From Amoeboaphelidium protococcarum X5 (taxonomy: Eukaryota; Fungi; Aphelidiomycota): a stretch of 64,000 bases of DNA. The position numbers and the translations under genes were made by a program. The stretch's first letter is position 1. Each line of letters begins with the position of its first letter. The DNA lies in the NCBI GenBank assembly GCA_023515725.1, contig JALDTO010000098.1, forward strand, positions 1,514,164 through 1,578,163, read 5' to 3'. The notes under the pieces are model-generated. The model saw nothing but the letters and a program-made list of their open reading frames with translations, did not search any database and was not told the DNA's origin. Of the stretch, positions 1-22,227 are shown in pieces.

Positions 1-359
1 ATGCCTTCAACTGATCATTCAATCCCCACCATTCGCTGTTGATTATGAGTCCGCAAGTTGGTTTACTATCCTAGTTGGATGGAGCGACGACCCAACCTGG
101 ACAATTTTTATAAGTTACACTTGACATTTATGTTATACCACACTACAATATAACGTACGTATATCTCTGGTAAAAAGCTTTGTAAGTGATAGAGAACTGG
201 GAAGTGAAAACGATTAAGGAAACTAAAAGAGCGACGCTCAACAGTAAAGCATGATCATCATATTTATCATCATTTTCTCATACAACACTCAATAAATGCT
301 TGATTTAACACACAGGGCAAACTCAGTATTCACTTTCTATTCGGCAGATCTTGAGCACA

Positions 360-3300
360 TCATGGCAAATTATCAACCGAGTTGGAAATCTGCTAGCTCT
401 TGAGAAGGTCTTCGCTATTCTTGATCTTATCAAACATCTTCTTACCTTTGTTGTCGCTCTTAGCAGGCAATGCAGGTGGATTGAGAATTCTGCTACCTCT
501 TAAATTGCCGCTTGCAAGTTATTAACTAGATCCATTCAGCTTAGATTAACTTCTGGCCAGATTGTCAATGGATTAAACGCTGATACTCTCGAATTTCTCC
601 AGTAACATGGTGACACGCTTCTATTTCTTGCTATTATCGTCATCCTTTTGATCTGGTTATTATTGTGCCTCACTAGCTTGAACTATTGGTGCTGTTTGAC
701 TTTACTACTGATCGGCACCTGCAGATGAAGGATCAACTTTTAGTTATTCAGAAGCTACCATGACGGGTACAGCTTCCTTGTCCAAGGCAATGTCATTTTA
801 ACCCACTGAGTTACTAGGCTCTTCAATAAAAGACATGTCAATCTTTTTACCTTGAGTCTTGATTTAAACATCACCAGCATTGGATTCACGTTCAATGTCA
901 AACATTGTCATTATTGAAGTTTTAATTTTCTCCTGAGACCTGCTTGACAAGGATGGTCTGACTTTTCCAGTAACAGGTGGATTCTATTAGTTTTTCAATT
1001 CTGCAGAAGATTAAGCTTCACCTTACTCAACCTGAGACTGAATTGACTACGGCTATACGTTCTATGAGACAATACCAGCGCCTAACTTCCCTTGATCAGC
1101 TTTAGTATTAACATCATCATCACTTTTAGCATTTTTATCATCATTATCTTCATCGTCATCATCAAATATATCCATAGACTGGCGGGAACCAAGAGCTTCC
1201 ATATTCTCTAAGAACTTGGTCTTTGGAGTTGCATTAGACATTCCAAGAATCTCAGATGACAAATTTCTCCTTAATCCATTACCGGAACCATCTTCTTCCT
1301 CAACTTTATTAGATAAAAACAAGTTGGGGTTGAGTGACTGAGCAAAATTGGCCTTTTTCACTTTAAATTCCTCTGTGCCTCTGAGATCAACCACCATTTC
1401 ATTTGGGGAATCAAATCTAATCTTATCCTTCTAAGCAGACTTTTCAACTATGGACTTGACTTTTTCCTGACGATCATTAATCTCTTTATCCACAACTGTG
1501 GTAGGACGATCATTAATCAACTTCTCCCTCTACTCCTTGTCCTTCTTGATCTCAGATAGAACCTTATTCAGTTCAAGGACCCAAGAGTCACGCTCATACT
1601 CTGTAGGACAAGCAAAGCAAATGTATCCATCCTTTGGTCTTTATTTCTACACTAACGCATTCTACCTCACAGTAGAATAGCCTTCATTAGGAATCAGTAG
1701 CTCGTGTATCTTCACCTTGAATACCCAGTACGGCGTCTTTTCAGAGCCTATTTATATAACTGTATCCACTCCGTCCTGCTCAAGTCTTTCGGCAGACATT
1801 AGATTGCTCAGAGAGACGACGTACTTCACTTTGACTTTTGATACATCACCTGCGAATACCGACTTCTCGCTCACCTTATTGATTATCAGTATATCGGTAA
1901 ACAGCAGAAGCCAGCGTTGAGTGGTCTGACTCTATGATACTGGCTTTCCGGGGATTATATCCTTGACCTCCAATAGTTCACCACTCTCGCCAAGCTCACG
2001 GATAAGACGCCTAGATACTACGCCCATCAAGTCAAAGCGTTTATCTCTTCCCTCTTCAATACCAACCAAATTTGCGCCATCGAATACAAACTTCTTACGC
2101 AGATCTACAATACGCGTTTGCTGGCCTTCATGGAATCTCTTACGCTCGTTCACTTCACCTACCACCTTCTCCACCAGAGCCATGGCCTCATTCAGCAACT
2201 TGTAATCCGGATGACTCTCACTTGTGACTTTTAAAATCTCTTTCAATAGCAGCGGATACTTGCACAATCTTTAGATTGGTTTAATCAAAAAGGAGAAGAT
2301 ATCCAGATTCTTGCACTCTGGCCGGAAACTGCAGTACTATAAAAATAACGCTAGCTCTTTAGCACGCTCCCGCTACTTCTCCGCGTCATACTCCATATCG
2401 TCCTCAACCAGTGCACTTCCTTTCAACTACTTGGCAATTCGGGGATTAATAGTCATGTTTTTCTTCCGCAATGTCTTATGCGCTTCCTTTGATGCTTTGG
2501 CCATTTTCAGTATGGCATTCAACGTCTCCGATGCTTCAGTATGACCACTGCAGTACAAACTGTATGAGCGAAAGTACGGAGTTAGCAGCGTGAAGATATC
2601 ACCAACAGTGTATCCAACAATTACCTCAGAAGCCTTTTCCAGTCTCATCGCTTCAGTCATATTCTTATCTTGCATTACTTGATGAGCCTGCTCGAATGCA
2701 GTCGCTCTCTTGTCAAACATCGAGTTGTAGAAAGTCTCATTGACACCAGCCAGTTCTTCAACATTAGAGAAGATCTTCCTGATATTGTACTGAGAAAGCA
2801 GTTTCTTATCGCGAATCTTCTTGATAAACAGATCCGCCAGCACTTTCATATCCTGGACATAGTCGCGTTCAGTGACGATCAGTTCATAGATGATCTCTTG
2901 ACGGCGGCGATCAGTTTTGCTCAGATTCAACTTCTCATGATCAAGCGTCAGTGTCTTCTTACTAGCATTCTGGGCCTTCTTCTTTCGCTGCCACAACTTA
3001 TCGACAATTGTGCCCTTATTTGGACTCTGTGGCTCATCGTGAACCTCCTCGATGACCTGATTGTATTCTACCAGCGGCCATTTCTTGACATCAAACAGCA
3101 TACTCTGCGGCTTCTGTTGACCTGTAATCTTATCACCTCCCGGTGCAGCAGGTTACACTGACGGAGTTTTGCGATAACGGTTATACCATGATCGCACTCC
3201 ATCTCCTCCCTATGCAGCGGATTCAGCTAGATCTTTGCTTGAGCCATTCTTCTGCACTTGGTTGATGTTACTACCATCCTCCATATTTAACGCTCCCTTT

Positions 3301-3449
3301 GAGCCAGATCCATTCTTACCATCTTGTTTCATCGGTGATGATTATGGCTGACCCTGAGCCGATTACAATCTCGGCAACGTCCCTGCGCGAAGACCTGAAA
3401 ATGCTCTTTTTCTATCTAAGGAATCTGTTTTAATAGCTTTCTCTGCCAT
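360..3449 (-). CDS. Dbl-family RhoGEF (DH + PH domains, long low-complexity C-terminus), ~1029 aa
   Basis: Track ORFs 2427-3101, 1932-2267 and 1062-1397 share one frame and join when TAA/TAG=Q. ATG at 3449, TGA at 362-360. DH motifs RRQEIIYELIVTERDYV, IFSNVEEL, FLIKPIQRLCKYPLLLKEILK. Confidence 0.9.
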
Positions 3450-4414
3450 ATCTCTGACTACTCTTAAATAGTGGTGTATAAACGAAATTAGAGGGTTGTG
3501 GAAAGAAGAGTTATAATAATATCAAGGACAATGTGTGTTTCATAAAAATAGCCTCACTTTGATAGAACTGAATTTAAGCGGAGTGTTAGTGATGGATGAT
3601 CGCATTGATTTATCAGAGATATAAATAGCATTGCTCATTCGATAATCTGCGAGATAAAATTTACTTGTTCTATATAGGCGCGTTAAGCATCTCGCTTTAG
3701 TTCTGATTTTAAACCATATATCATCTCAATCCGATGGATCAATCTTGAACGTTATCCTTTATCCTGTGTGATCGATCACTCCGCAACAACTTTTCGGCTA
3801 AGGTGCAAAAAGGCCTGGAACGCGAACCGAAATTCGTGTCGCTTGGCATTTTCTGTTCTCTCTCCTTTTCATAGGTCTGTGCACACTCCCTAGGTATTCA
3901 ATGGTAATGGTGAATTATTGAAGGTAAGTTGGATCGACCAGAATCATATTTCTCATTGTGTAACGCTATCCCGTATCTAAGAGATTGCGTGAATTAACTC
4001 GTGGAGTGATTTGACGTATCAAATGGCTGGATCAAACGGTTGTCATGCGGACTGTATAATCCTGGCAACAAGTCAAACCCCTTATCTTTCGCTTGATGTC
4101 GTGAAGATCAACTTTGATAAGCTTTTTTTCGCCCGATATTTTCTGATTAGTTTATTCGCGAACTATCTTAGTTATTATCATGGTATACCCCTTTACGCAA
4201 TTATAAGTGATATTGATCTGCCGTCATACATCTGATTGTCAGCTCTAAGCCTGGCGTGCACATGTCTGGCGGTTTTTCGTATCACTTTACGAATTGCTGT
4301 GTTATCTTTCAACGTCACCTCTGTTTATCTTATCGCGCGAGAGACGCAAAATAAAGGTGATACATAATTTGTGCTAGGGCTTAACTCTTCCTATATATTT
4401 TATATATGACTTTA

Positions 4415-10016
<5,602 letters not shown>

Positions 10017-10909
10017 GCTATCGTTATTCATTGATTACAGTAATATACCTTGTTATATTATTCTTCTCTCTCTCTGCCTGTTTCTCTGTATGCGTAATGA
10101 GGTAATTCAATCTACTCTATTATCCCAATGCTGTCTCCCAGTGTATGTAAGCAGGACAGTGATAACTAACGCTACTGAGCGATAGAAGATGTACAGGATG
10201 AATGAATGAACGGATGAATGTGAGGATGAGCAGAAGATGAAAATTGTGATGAACCTGATTGATTGAGCAGGCCGTGCGTGCGTGTTCTGTGCGGACCGAT
10301 TCAGATTCTCTCTCTCTCTCTCCGCTCGTGTGATCTCCTCGCCGGGTCGTCCCTCGTCATTATCCCTCTCGCCCATCTCTCTGAGGGATGTCACACGTCC
10401 TATCGCGCGTCGCTTCATCTGCTGTCTCAGTAGTCAGCTTGGTGGTATTAAGATATAATGACTCTTTGATGTTTCTTATTATGGTGATTAGTACAGGTAA
10501 GCTCTATACTGCCTTTGCAATAATGAATACTGGCATTTGAAAGGTGTAAATATTAGCGAAGGTTCTCAACGTGATATTTCAACGTGTATGTGCAATCCAT
10601 TCAAAGCACCAATTATACTCTTGGTAATCAAGAAAAGCACCACGTATTTACCAGTGTATTTAACACTTCTTTACCCAGATTCTTTAATTCAACTGAGTAG
10701 TGATCTCTTTGCGGTACATTGTGTGCGTGTGAACGGGATTAAAGTTTCGTTGTTTCATGGCAACGGATCGTTTTTAATAGAGCATACTATTAATAATAAT
10801 GCCTTGAATTTGGTCTCTTTAAAGTAAGTAAATTACAAATCTGTACTCTTTGCGATTTCCATATACACTTGTCTTTGATAATCATTAATAATCACATTTG
10901 TTTAGCGGT

Positions 10910-13117
10910 ATGGAGAATGGCAGTGCGCAGAGTATGTATGTACGGAAGGCGATGATCAATGATGTGAAGGCTGGCAACAGAAGATCAAAATTGGTTCGCT
11001 CGTACATCTCCAGTAGTGGCGCCAGTTAAAACAGCAATGCTATCATTGGTGGTGATGGTGATGCTGCTGATTAATCAAGAAAATCTGTGCAAAGTCAAAA
11101 TAAAAGAAGAAATAATAGCTTCTATACTGATAATGATGATGCGGCTGGAGTGGGCGAAGATTTGCTAGATTTACTGGGAGGCGATGATACTGATTCCGAG
11201 TTTGATTATTATTCATACGCTTCTGAAGAGGAGGAGAAGAGGTTGGAAATGGCGGTAAACGGAGTAGGAGATTACGAATTCTATGATTATTCTGATGATG
11301 GTGATGACGATGAAAGTTAAAACTCAGAAGATACAGACATTCCCTAAAAGTAATCCAGACGTGGGCGAGGTTAGACTAATAAATTGACAGCTCTCAATGA
11401 AGAAACGGAAGATTTGCTGCCAGATGATGAAAACGGTGAAGCTGTCGGTCGCACAATACTGGACGACGCGATTAGCATTACAGGTAACGATAATGATGAT
11501 GATGATGCTGCTGGTGTGCATGAAAAATAATCTAGTCAGTCATCAGGCAAGTTGAAGAAGCGAAAGTCATTATCAAGGAGTTAAAGTTAATCTAAGAAGA
11601 AGAGTAGTGTTATTTAGAAGAAAAAGCTGAGCAGAGTTAGTTCCACCTCGCGCAAGTCTAGCTAACCTTAAGGCGATCGTCCATCATCAACATCGTCATC
11701 CACGTAGATTGTCAAGAGTAGTAAAGTTGTGCGTGCTTCCGCAGATCTCACTGGTCAACTGTACTCTGCTCATGACATGATAAAGGAGCAGCGAAGAACA
11801 TCCGCACAGCCTCAGCGTTTCCTCAATGAGCGACCGTTAGATGCGCGACGTGTCAAAGGCATTAGAAAGGGCTTGAATGTCAGGAGAAGACGGAAGGCTA
11901 CCTAGAATGGAATATCATTAAAATCTGCCACTATGGATGAAGTGGAGATGGCAAAGAGGGAGCATTAGCATGAAAATGGGCAGATAGTTGGCAGCCGTGA
12001 TAAATTGTCTGATGATGATAGCGTGTATTCTATGTAGTTAGATGGTGATGGTGATGATAATAAACAAGAAGGTGAACATAATCGCGCCTTCAAAGAGAAG
12101 AAGAGGCATGTCTAGGCTAATAAGAAAATCCCCAAAGCTCTGTATGACCCCAAAGTTAGGAAGTAGCTGGCAAAGCTAAAGACTTACTATCCATACTTTA
12201 CATACATGATATGTTTTGTAAATTTGGTTGTTCTTGGGTATGAGTTCTACTTAAACTATTCATATACTGGTGAGTTGATTGCGCCTCCTGGTACCAACTT
12301 CATGATAGGTCCTTACACATAGACTCTTATTGCTAGTGGTGCTCGATTTGTGCCTTGTATGAAAAATACGTCGATCAATGGCAATTTCCTAGTGTGTCAG
12401 AATGGATTTCCACACAGCAATCTCAACGCGACCGGTTTTAATATAACCAGTGGAAATCTGTGTACCTTGCAAGACTTTTGCGGTATGGGTGGATTTTCGA
12501 AGAGTTCAGTGCCAGACTAATGGTGGCGTCTTATTACGGCCATGTTCCTTCATGCCGGTCTGGTGCATTTCATAATGAACACCTGGCTCATGATTTAGGT
12601 GGGTAGAGCGATGGAGGAAGCGTATGGCAGTGTGCGTATAATGATCATATACTTTGTGAGTGGTATCGCTGGATTTCTCTTTGCTGCAGACTTGGAGTAA
12701 ACTGTGCCCACTGTAGGCGCGTCTGGATCGATATTTGGTGTGTTGGGCGTGGTGTTGTTGGATCTGATTCTCAATTTCAAAATTGTACAAAACAGATGGA
12801 AAGAGCTGTCTATCCACCTGGCGCAGATCATTATATCAGTCGCGTTTGGTCTCCTCCCATATATTGACAACTTTGCGCATATTGGAGGATTCGTCACGGG
12901 GTTATTGAGTGGCCTTTTGCTCATGCCAGCACTCACCTTCTCTAAAATGGACAAGCTTATTAAACGCACGGTAAGATTTCTCAGTCTTCCTCTACTGGGC
13001 GGATTTTTGTTCTGGTTGTTTTACTCATTCTTGTACTAGAACGGCAGCAACTGTCCATGGTGTAAATACTTGGACTGCATTCCAATAAATGGATGGTGCG
13101 ACGGTTACAGTTCTTGA
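10910..13117 (+). CDS. Rhomboid family intramembrane serine protease with long acidic/basic N-terminus, ~735 aa
   Basis: PD(TAA=Q)WWRLITAMFLHAGLVH, catalytic VGASG and AHIGG, C-terminal CPWCKYLDCIP. Single frame, TGA at 13115-13117. Confidence 0.92.
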
Positions 13118-13293
13118 TTTTAATTTCATACACTGCCCGTGCAATCAGTTCGCTTATAGACGCTCTGCATCTAGATAGATTAAAACATATATCTACTGGG
13201 TATTCATACCGCGTTTGCAATAGTCAACACGTCAAGACATGTAAAAAAATCAAAAGTAGAGAATAGATATCAAATCAACTATATTTTATTTGA

Positions 13294-14010
13294 TCACTTG
13301 CTTTCCATCTGTTAATCACCTTGCGACTAAAGAGATGATGAAGATGAAGCACTGAGATATTGTTATTCCACCTTCAAAGGGTCAAACTGCTTAGGTCCAA
13401 GTAGGCGCTCCATAAGCGACTGCCACCAGGTCAACTCCTTGCGCGGATCAATCTCTCCACTCAACACCTTTCGCTCATACTCGGCACGCTGTGTCCAATA
13501 CTAGACATCCTGAGCATTCTACGCGTATCCCTATAGTCTACTCTCCGCCGCCTGATAGCACTTGGTATAGCCATATGACGCGCCAACTACAACGGCAGCG
13601 AACCATTGGTATGCATTAAGTGGCACATGTCTCTTGTATCTGTTGATAGCGTAAAGTATTAACGGCCCAGATGCAGTTCCCAGAGTACCATTTACGGCCA
13701 CATCCTTCATGGAGATGTTCTACGCAATCATCCAGAGTGGGGGATTATGGTGAATGACAGAGTATTTAGGATGGGAAGACAACTTGGTAAAATAGTCCGG
13801 TGTGACATAGTACGGCAAATTGTCTTTATTGTCCGGATGATTAATTTTTCCATACGGCGAAGGCAGATCATAGATGGGCGTTGGTGGTTGGATCTTGCTA
13901 GGAGAAGCATCCGGTCTTGGGTTCATGACCGGATAGAATACCTTCCAGAAGGAGTCCAATGGGTTCCAGTCACGCGAAGGATCTTTATTATCTGGCAGTA
14001 TAAATCCCAT
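13294..14010 (-). CDS. Complex I accessory 21 kDa subunit (NUXM-like), 238 aa
   Basis: YSVIHHNP motif, two hydrophobic helices, then AAESRLQGYAQNAQDV resembling the family's S.RF.G..EN..EV motif. Confidence 0.65.
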
Positions 14011-14383
14011 AATTGTTATATACAGCTATCAAGTATTCAACAATTGTTAACCTTTATAATGTAAGCTCTTTTTCACTAAATAGAACTTAGTAAAGACAAA
14101 AATAAAATTCTCGAAATGAATGCTTTACTCTCACTCAAAGCTCCTTCGTAAAATTAGAAACGGCTCTCAGCGAAGCGAAGGAATAAAATGATCACTTGTT
14201 CGTTCACTGGCACTTCTCTCACCCGTTCTCTTCGCTGTCGATCGATATTTTCTGGTTGAAAAGACATCATTATACACGACCAATCAATCTTGAGAGATGT
14301 GAAATTCACAGATATAAAATTAGAACAGAGAATAACAATAAAGGTAGATAATCAATTAATCACAATGTACAATCACTATAAAT

Positions 14384-17245
14384 TCATTGCTTCATTATGA
14401 GGGGCGGTATGCCCTCGGAGGAGTGTTGTTTAGTCGCCTGTAGCGTGACACTGCCCATTTTATGTCTCACACTGTAAGCCTTACGCTGAGCAGGAGACTT
14501 CTGCAACTTATTAGGCTTTCCACTCAGACCACCACTACCGCTAATCTTTGAAGATAGAGTCAGCGATGACATTGAGCCAGGTAACTTTCCAGCAGTTATG
14601 GAATTCACATTATCGCCGACAGTTTCTGAATTATTACTATCACTTATCTTAACTCCGTGTTTAATGGCACTACCATACGCGTAACATTTAACAATCTCAA
14701 GCACAGTAAACTTGAATGAGCACCACCAGTTCAGATCAATACGCTGAGCCAGTTTAGAATTTAATTTATCAAATCGTGGAATAGAAGATTAGAACAGCTA
14801 GGACGGTGAAGATGGCGACTAATCCATAACAGGGACACTAAACATCTAATTCTAGTCCTATAATATCAATTCTGTCAACTTTTCAGGAAGCGATGGTACT
14901 TAGACACATATATTGGACGGTGGCGGTAATTTGACAAGCTATCTGGACTGATTGCTGGCGAGTTCCAGCTTCTTGTCCAGCAAGTCACAAAATGCATCGC
15001 CATTTTAATCAATAACTATACATGCCGGATCAAGACTGAACAGGAGCGAACATAGCTCTGGCGACCACACTACTGCAGAGTCTAACCGCTACAATTACTA
15101 TTATAGCTGATAAGATCCATCATTATTATTCATACCATTTACACTAAGACTACTGAACAAAGTACCATTAGAGAGAGATTAAAGCAGTTTAGCCTCTACA
15201 CCATCCGATGCAATAGCCTGTTCAACATCGCTCCTCGATCTACCGGTAGACTCGACATTATAAGATCCAGTGTATGAGGTAGCATCAATTATACCACGTC
15301 CAATCCCAAACACTCGAAGAATTTCTCTTGAGGCGATCAACTAATGCAGCTGCTTACACTACTTCTATAGTCTAGCCACGTACATGCCCAACTTTAACTC
15401 ACGATTCATAATTTTGGCTGGGTTGTAAGATAGGGGCCGTTAAACATTGTACAGCTTACTTACTTGATCCTGCTCAGAATAAGTGGAATAGGTGACTTCT
15501 TCATAAGTACCAGCCTGAGAAGACGGCACATACGGCAGCATTGGAGTTTTATACACAGTAACAGCGGTCATTGACAGATCATCAAAGTGTCGGAGTCTGA
15601 ATGCGTCTTCATCTTGATACTCACCATCTTGAGCAGAGTCTTCATGATGCTCATCATTGTCAACGGAATGGCCATATACCAATGGTGCTTCAAAATGTTA
15701 TTTAAGCGGACTACCAGCAACTGTGTGATAATCTTCAGACTTTACAGTGAGCTCAGATGGAGAATAATATTTCTAATCGCCATCTTCTCCGTCTTACTAA
15801 CCATCAGCTGGCATCGACGCGGGTTCTATCTTCAGAAAATCATTACGAGTATTCTACTTCTAAACCAGAGTTGTATCCTGAGGTCGTTAATCTTAATCTT
15901 GACTATTGGTTGTTGCTCCGGCTACTATTACCTGGTCGCTATAAGAATTGATAGGCAAAGAGTCCTGCTATAAGTACTACTGTTATTATTCAGGTACAAA
16001 GTCCATGAGCCATTCGAGTTCATATCCATACCAAATATTACCCACACCAGACGTGAGTGGCTCGCGAGACTCCATGGCAGCCCAATAGAGCATCGCCTGG
16101 CACCACTCTGACTGATCCACCTCAGACTTGGAATCAATAAGAATGACAGCACCATACAGAGTTATAATCTGCACTAAGAACTGATGTCCAGGATACATAC
16201 CAGCAGGGATAGCACTGATCATGGCGTGTCTCAACGGGACATGGCCTATCAACTTCTCACTCTGGAACAGCACAAGATCACTACCAAGCAGTCGTGCAAA
16301 GTATTGCACCCAGCGACGATCGAACGACTTTTTACCAAACTGCTCATACACACTCTTCTTTGCGATGTATCCCTCTTTATAAGGACTGACTTTGACTTAA
16401 TCTCTGACATTACTACCACCACTGCCATCTAATGAAAATGCGGACGGAGTAATTGCAGGCCGCTATTGTTACACTGAAGGCTTCCTCATTGACCAACTTC
16501 TAAAGAGACCCGTGGACTATTACGGCTGCTGTGTAAGAGCTTTAGGTTACAGAATAGGCTACTTTTTAATGCTGAAATATATCTGCTCCAGCACTGATTT
16601 CAATTAATCGTCCTTAACACCAGTGCCAAGAGTATTAGCACCGTCACCTTATAGGGTACCCAGCGTATTCTCCACATACTAATTCTACTTCATCTAAGTA
16701 CCACCTGCATTAGCGACTGAAGTCAAGTCGGTATTCAGCAGAATTATACTATAAATCAGCTGATGAATAGAGTCGACGGGGAGTGTCAAGTCTGCATACT
16801 GTATATCGATTATACCACCAGTACAATCAAAATATCTCTGACTGAAGGCAAACAGCACTCTATCCTACTCCTGCGTCTCACCTTCCAGCATAAAGCTACT
16901 GGTAAACCATCTCAACATTCTAAGCAGATGAACATCCCCCTGATATGCTGGTGGATGATCACTGCACTCTACAGCAAAATTAAATCGAGACAGAAAAGCT
17001 TCCCTTCTCTTCACTGACACACCATCTGATCCTTTAATGTACCCAGTAATCTTGTGCTTATCCTCAATCAAATTATGCTTTAACTTCTATGCCACCTCAT
17101 CAATTGCCACTTGCTAATTTTAAAAGGAGGAGGCTGATAATTCAGAGGATTACATAACCAGATGCTATTTCTATCCAATACTACTATTATTGCTATTATT
17201 GTTGATGCTTCCACCACTATTATTTCCCTAGCTGTTAAACTCCAT
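14384..17245 (-). CDS. Sec7 + PH domain Arf GEF (SYT1/YEL1/EFA6-like)
   Basis: Sec7 motifs FMLEGETQEQDRVLFAFSQRY and ILLNTDL. PH domain GKKSFDRRWVQYFARLLGSDL...QSEWCQAMLYWAA. First in-frame ATG after an upstream TGA is at 17245. Confidence 0.82.
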
Positions 17246-17603
17246 GCAAATGCTATAACCGATTTCTGCAAATATTCAATTATTTAAATTAGATTTCAGA
17301 CAGAAGAGTGATACTTAATCCTAGGCATCAACTACTATCCGTACAATATATGGTCAGTCTCCTTGATCTCAATCTCGCCTCGCTTTTTAACAGCACAGAA
17401 AGAAACAAAGAAAGAGAGGAATAGAGGCGGGTAAAGTGTGGGCCAAGCTGAAAGCGAGCGAGTCAACTAAGGAACGATCAGCGATCAGAAAGTCTTCATG
17501 AAACAGGAAATGCTGAATAATTAACGAATAAAGTACTGTAGATAACAAAGACATTAGATTAATACAGACGAGAAGGTACGCTCGCAATAAAATAACAATT
17601 TCA

Positions 17604-20282
<2,679 letters not shown>

Positions 20283-20585
20283 TTCAATCCCTCTTAATGC
20301 AGTTATTATTGCGAATATTGACTTTAATAAGGATGTAAGATATACCGTATGGCCACTTACTCTCGCGAACTTATAAGAGGAGGAGGATTGGTGGGGAAGA
20401 GGTGAAAGCGGCCAGCAGTTGAAACAGAAACCGCGACGTGTTTCACTCTCTTTCCCTTTGGGAGAGGAGCGTTTGCACATTAGGGAAAATAAACAGCTAT
20501 GTGCTGTACATTGGATCAAGGTGGAAACTATTTCATCAATGATAATTTGGTATAATAAGATTATAATCAATTTATTTAAATAAAA

Positions 20586-21518
20586 TCATAGTCTACTTTT
20601 GGTGTCCCATATTGGCTTTTGTTTTTGCATAAAAGCTCCAATGCCGATACCTGCTTCTTCGCTATTGACCATCTTGTCGAATTCGGATTTCAAAAGCTCA
20701 ACAATCTCCGTCTGTTGCAGGGAGGGGTACACGTCAAATCTATTAACCAGTTTCTTGATACTTTCTACAGCACTTGGGGCAGCATCCACGCATAGTCTAG
20801 AGTAGAACTATATCGCCTGCTCTATTGACTGGAAATTTTCACTTGATGGCTGTCCATCAATATTTGACAAACACGGAAATTGATGATGATTGTCTCCTGT
20901 ATTAGACACGAGAGCACTGAGATATCCGCGATCGTATAACTAGATGCATGATATCTTGCCGCCAAGCATAACTTCCACTGAATGCGCTTTAAATCTGCGT
21001 ACAATAGTTGGACTGATTAGAGCAGGTATTAGGCCACGCTTTACTTCGGCCAAACACACGTAAGCCTAATTCTTTGGATCAAAAACTCCAATCTATATAT
21101 CTGTACTGAAAAATAGTCCAACTCCACCACCAAGTGCAGGTCCGTTAAGAATAGATATAGCGGGAATAGGTAATTGACTTAAATTGTTCAGAACATTCAC
21201 AAAAGCATCTTACACATTAAAATCATTGACATAGTCACTGTCTCCAGAAGCGTCGCCACCCACTTTACCTAAATCCATTCCAGTGCAGAAGTATTTACCT
21301 TCTCCCTAGAGGAATAAGCATCTGATGAATAACGTTCTTCTATTTTACTTTATAAAGTCTAGTGCAGCCAAAAGTTCCTTAATCATTACAGGATTCAGAG
21401 CATTCCCACGCTTTGGACTATTCAAAGTCAAAACACAGATTTTAGCATCAGACTCTGAATCTTGCTTACAGATGTCTTTGTAATCTATTAACTCAAATTT
21501 AATCTATTTAAACTCCAT
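20586..21518 (-). CDS. Enoyl-CoA hydratase/crotonase (methylglutaconyl-CoA hydratase-like) with PTS1 -SRL, 310 aa
   Basis: LTLNSPKRGNALN, GEGKYFCTGMDL, NGPALGGGVGL, LAEVKRGLIPALIS; ends TKSRL-TGA. Confidence 0.9.
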
Positions 21519-22135
21519 CACGATAAGGAGTCACTACTTTTATTAGTTTCAGTTGTTATTGAGGATGAAGAGTTGAGAGCGTCAGTTAAAAGAGAGCCTA
21601 TCGACATGCGCAAAGTTTCCCACCGACGCTGACACTGATCAGGCGATCGCGATAGGACGACCTGTGAAACGCGTCTCCACTGCGCGCCATTCTACTGGTA
21701 TGCCATGTACAACCGGTAATCCTCATCCACAGTCCATCCATCACTTCTAGCGTCATGGCATTGACTTTTATCTAGTAGCTTCATATACTTGTTTCTGACC
21801 TGGATCGCAGTTCTCTATGATCCGAGTAGTGTGGCAATATCACTCCAGTCAATCCTAATTTGCCGCTTCTAATCTAGATTCCTATAGTGGTCATGATAGA
21901 TTTCATTCACCAGAATCTCTAACAAATTGGTCTCATCATTTGTCCAGCATCCGTTTTATCTATCCTAATCATTCTGCTGCATAGAGGAATATTTCATGTA
22001 TAACGAATTAGGCGCCCTCTATGACACTCCAATCTACTGATTAAATTCACGCGTTATCCTGCGCCAGTTTCCGCGGAACTTTTCCGCTAGACGCTGCAGC
22101 AACACTATCTCTTACGCGGTAAATCTTTTACCCAT
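21518..22135 (-). CDS. Three-repeat Myb/SANT DNA-binding protein, 205 aa (absent from ORF track)
   Basis: Repeats FTAQEIVLL...GNWRRI, CWTNDETNLL...IDWSDIA...RTAIQVRNKY and GWTVDEDYRL...AQWRRVS...RSPDQCQRRW. No TGA in frame until 21520-21518. Confidence 0.88.
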
Positions 22136-22227
22136 CGCTTAGAAAACTGCCCGTTCGTTTGTTCGTTCACCTTTCTGAGAGAAAGAAAGAAAGCTTCAGG
22201 CGAGTTTGACTGAAGTTTGGAAGTGAG

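Noticed and set aside
21618-21622. TGGGA as a calicivirus-type TURBS motif upstream of the TGATG overlap
   Set aside because: It is dictated by the conserved Myb Trp-Glu codons and lies ~100 nt upstream; likely coincidental.
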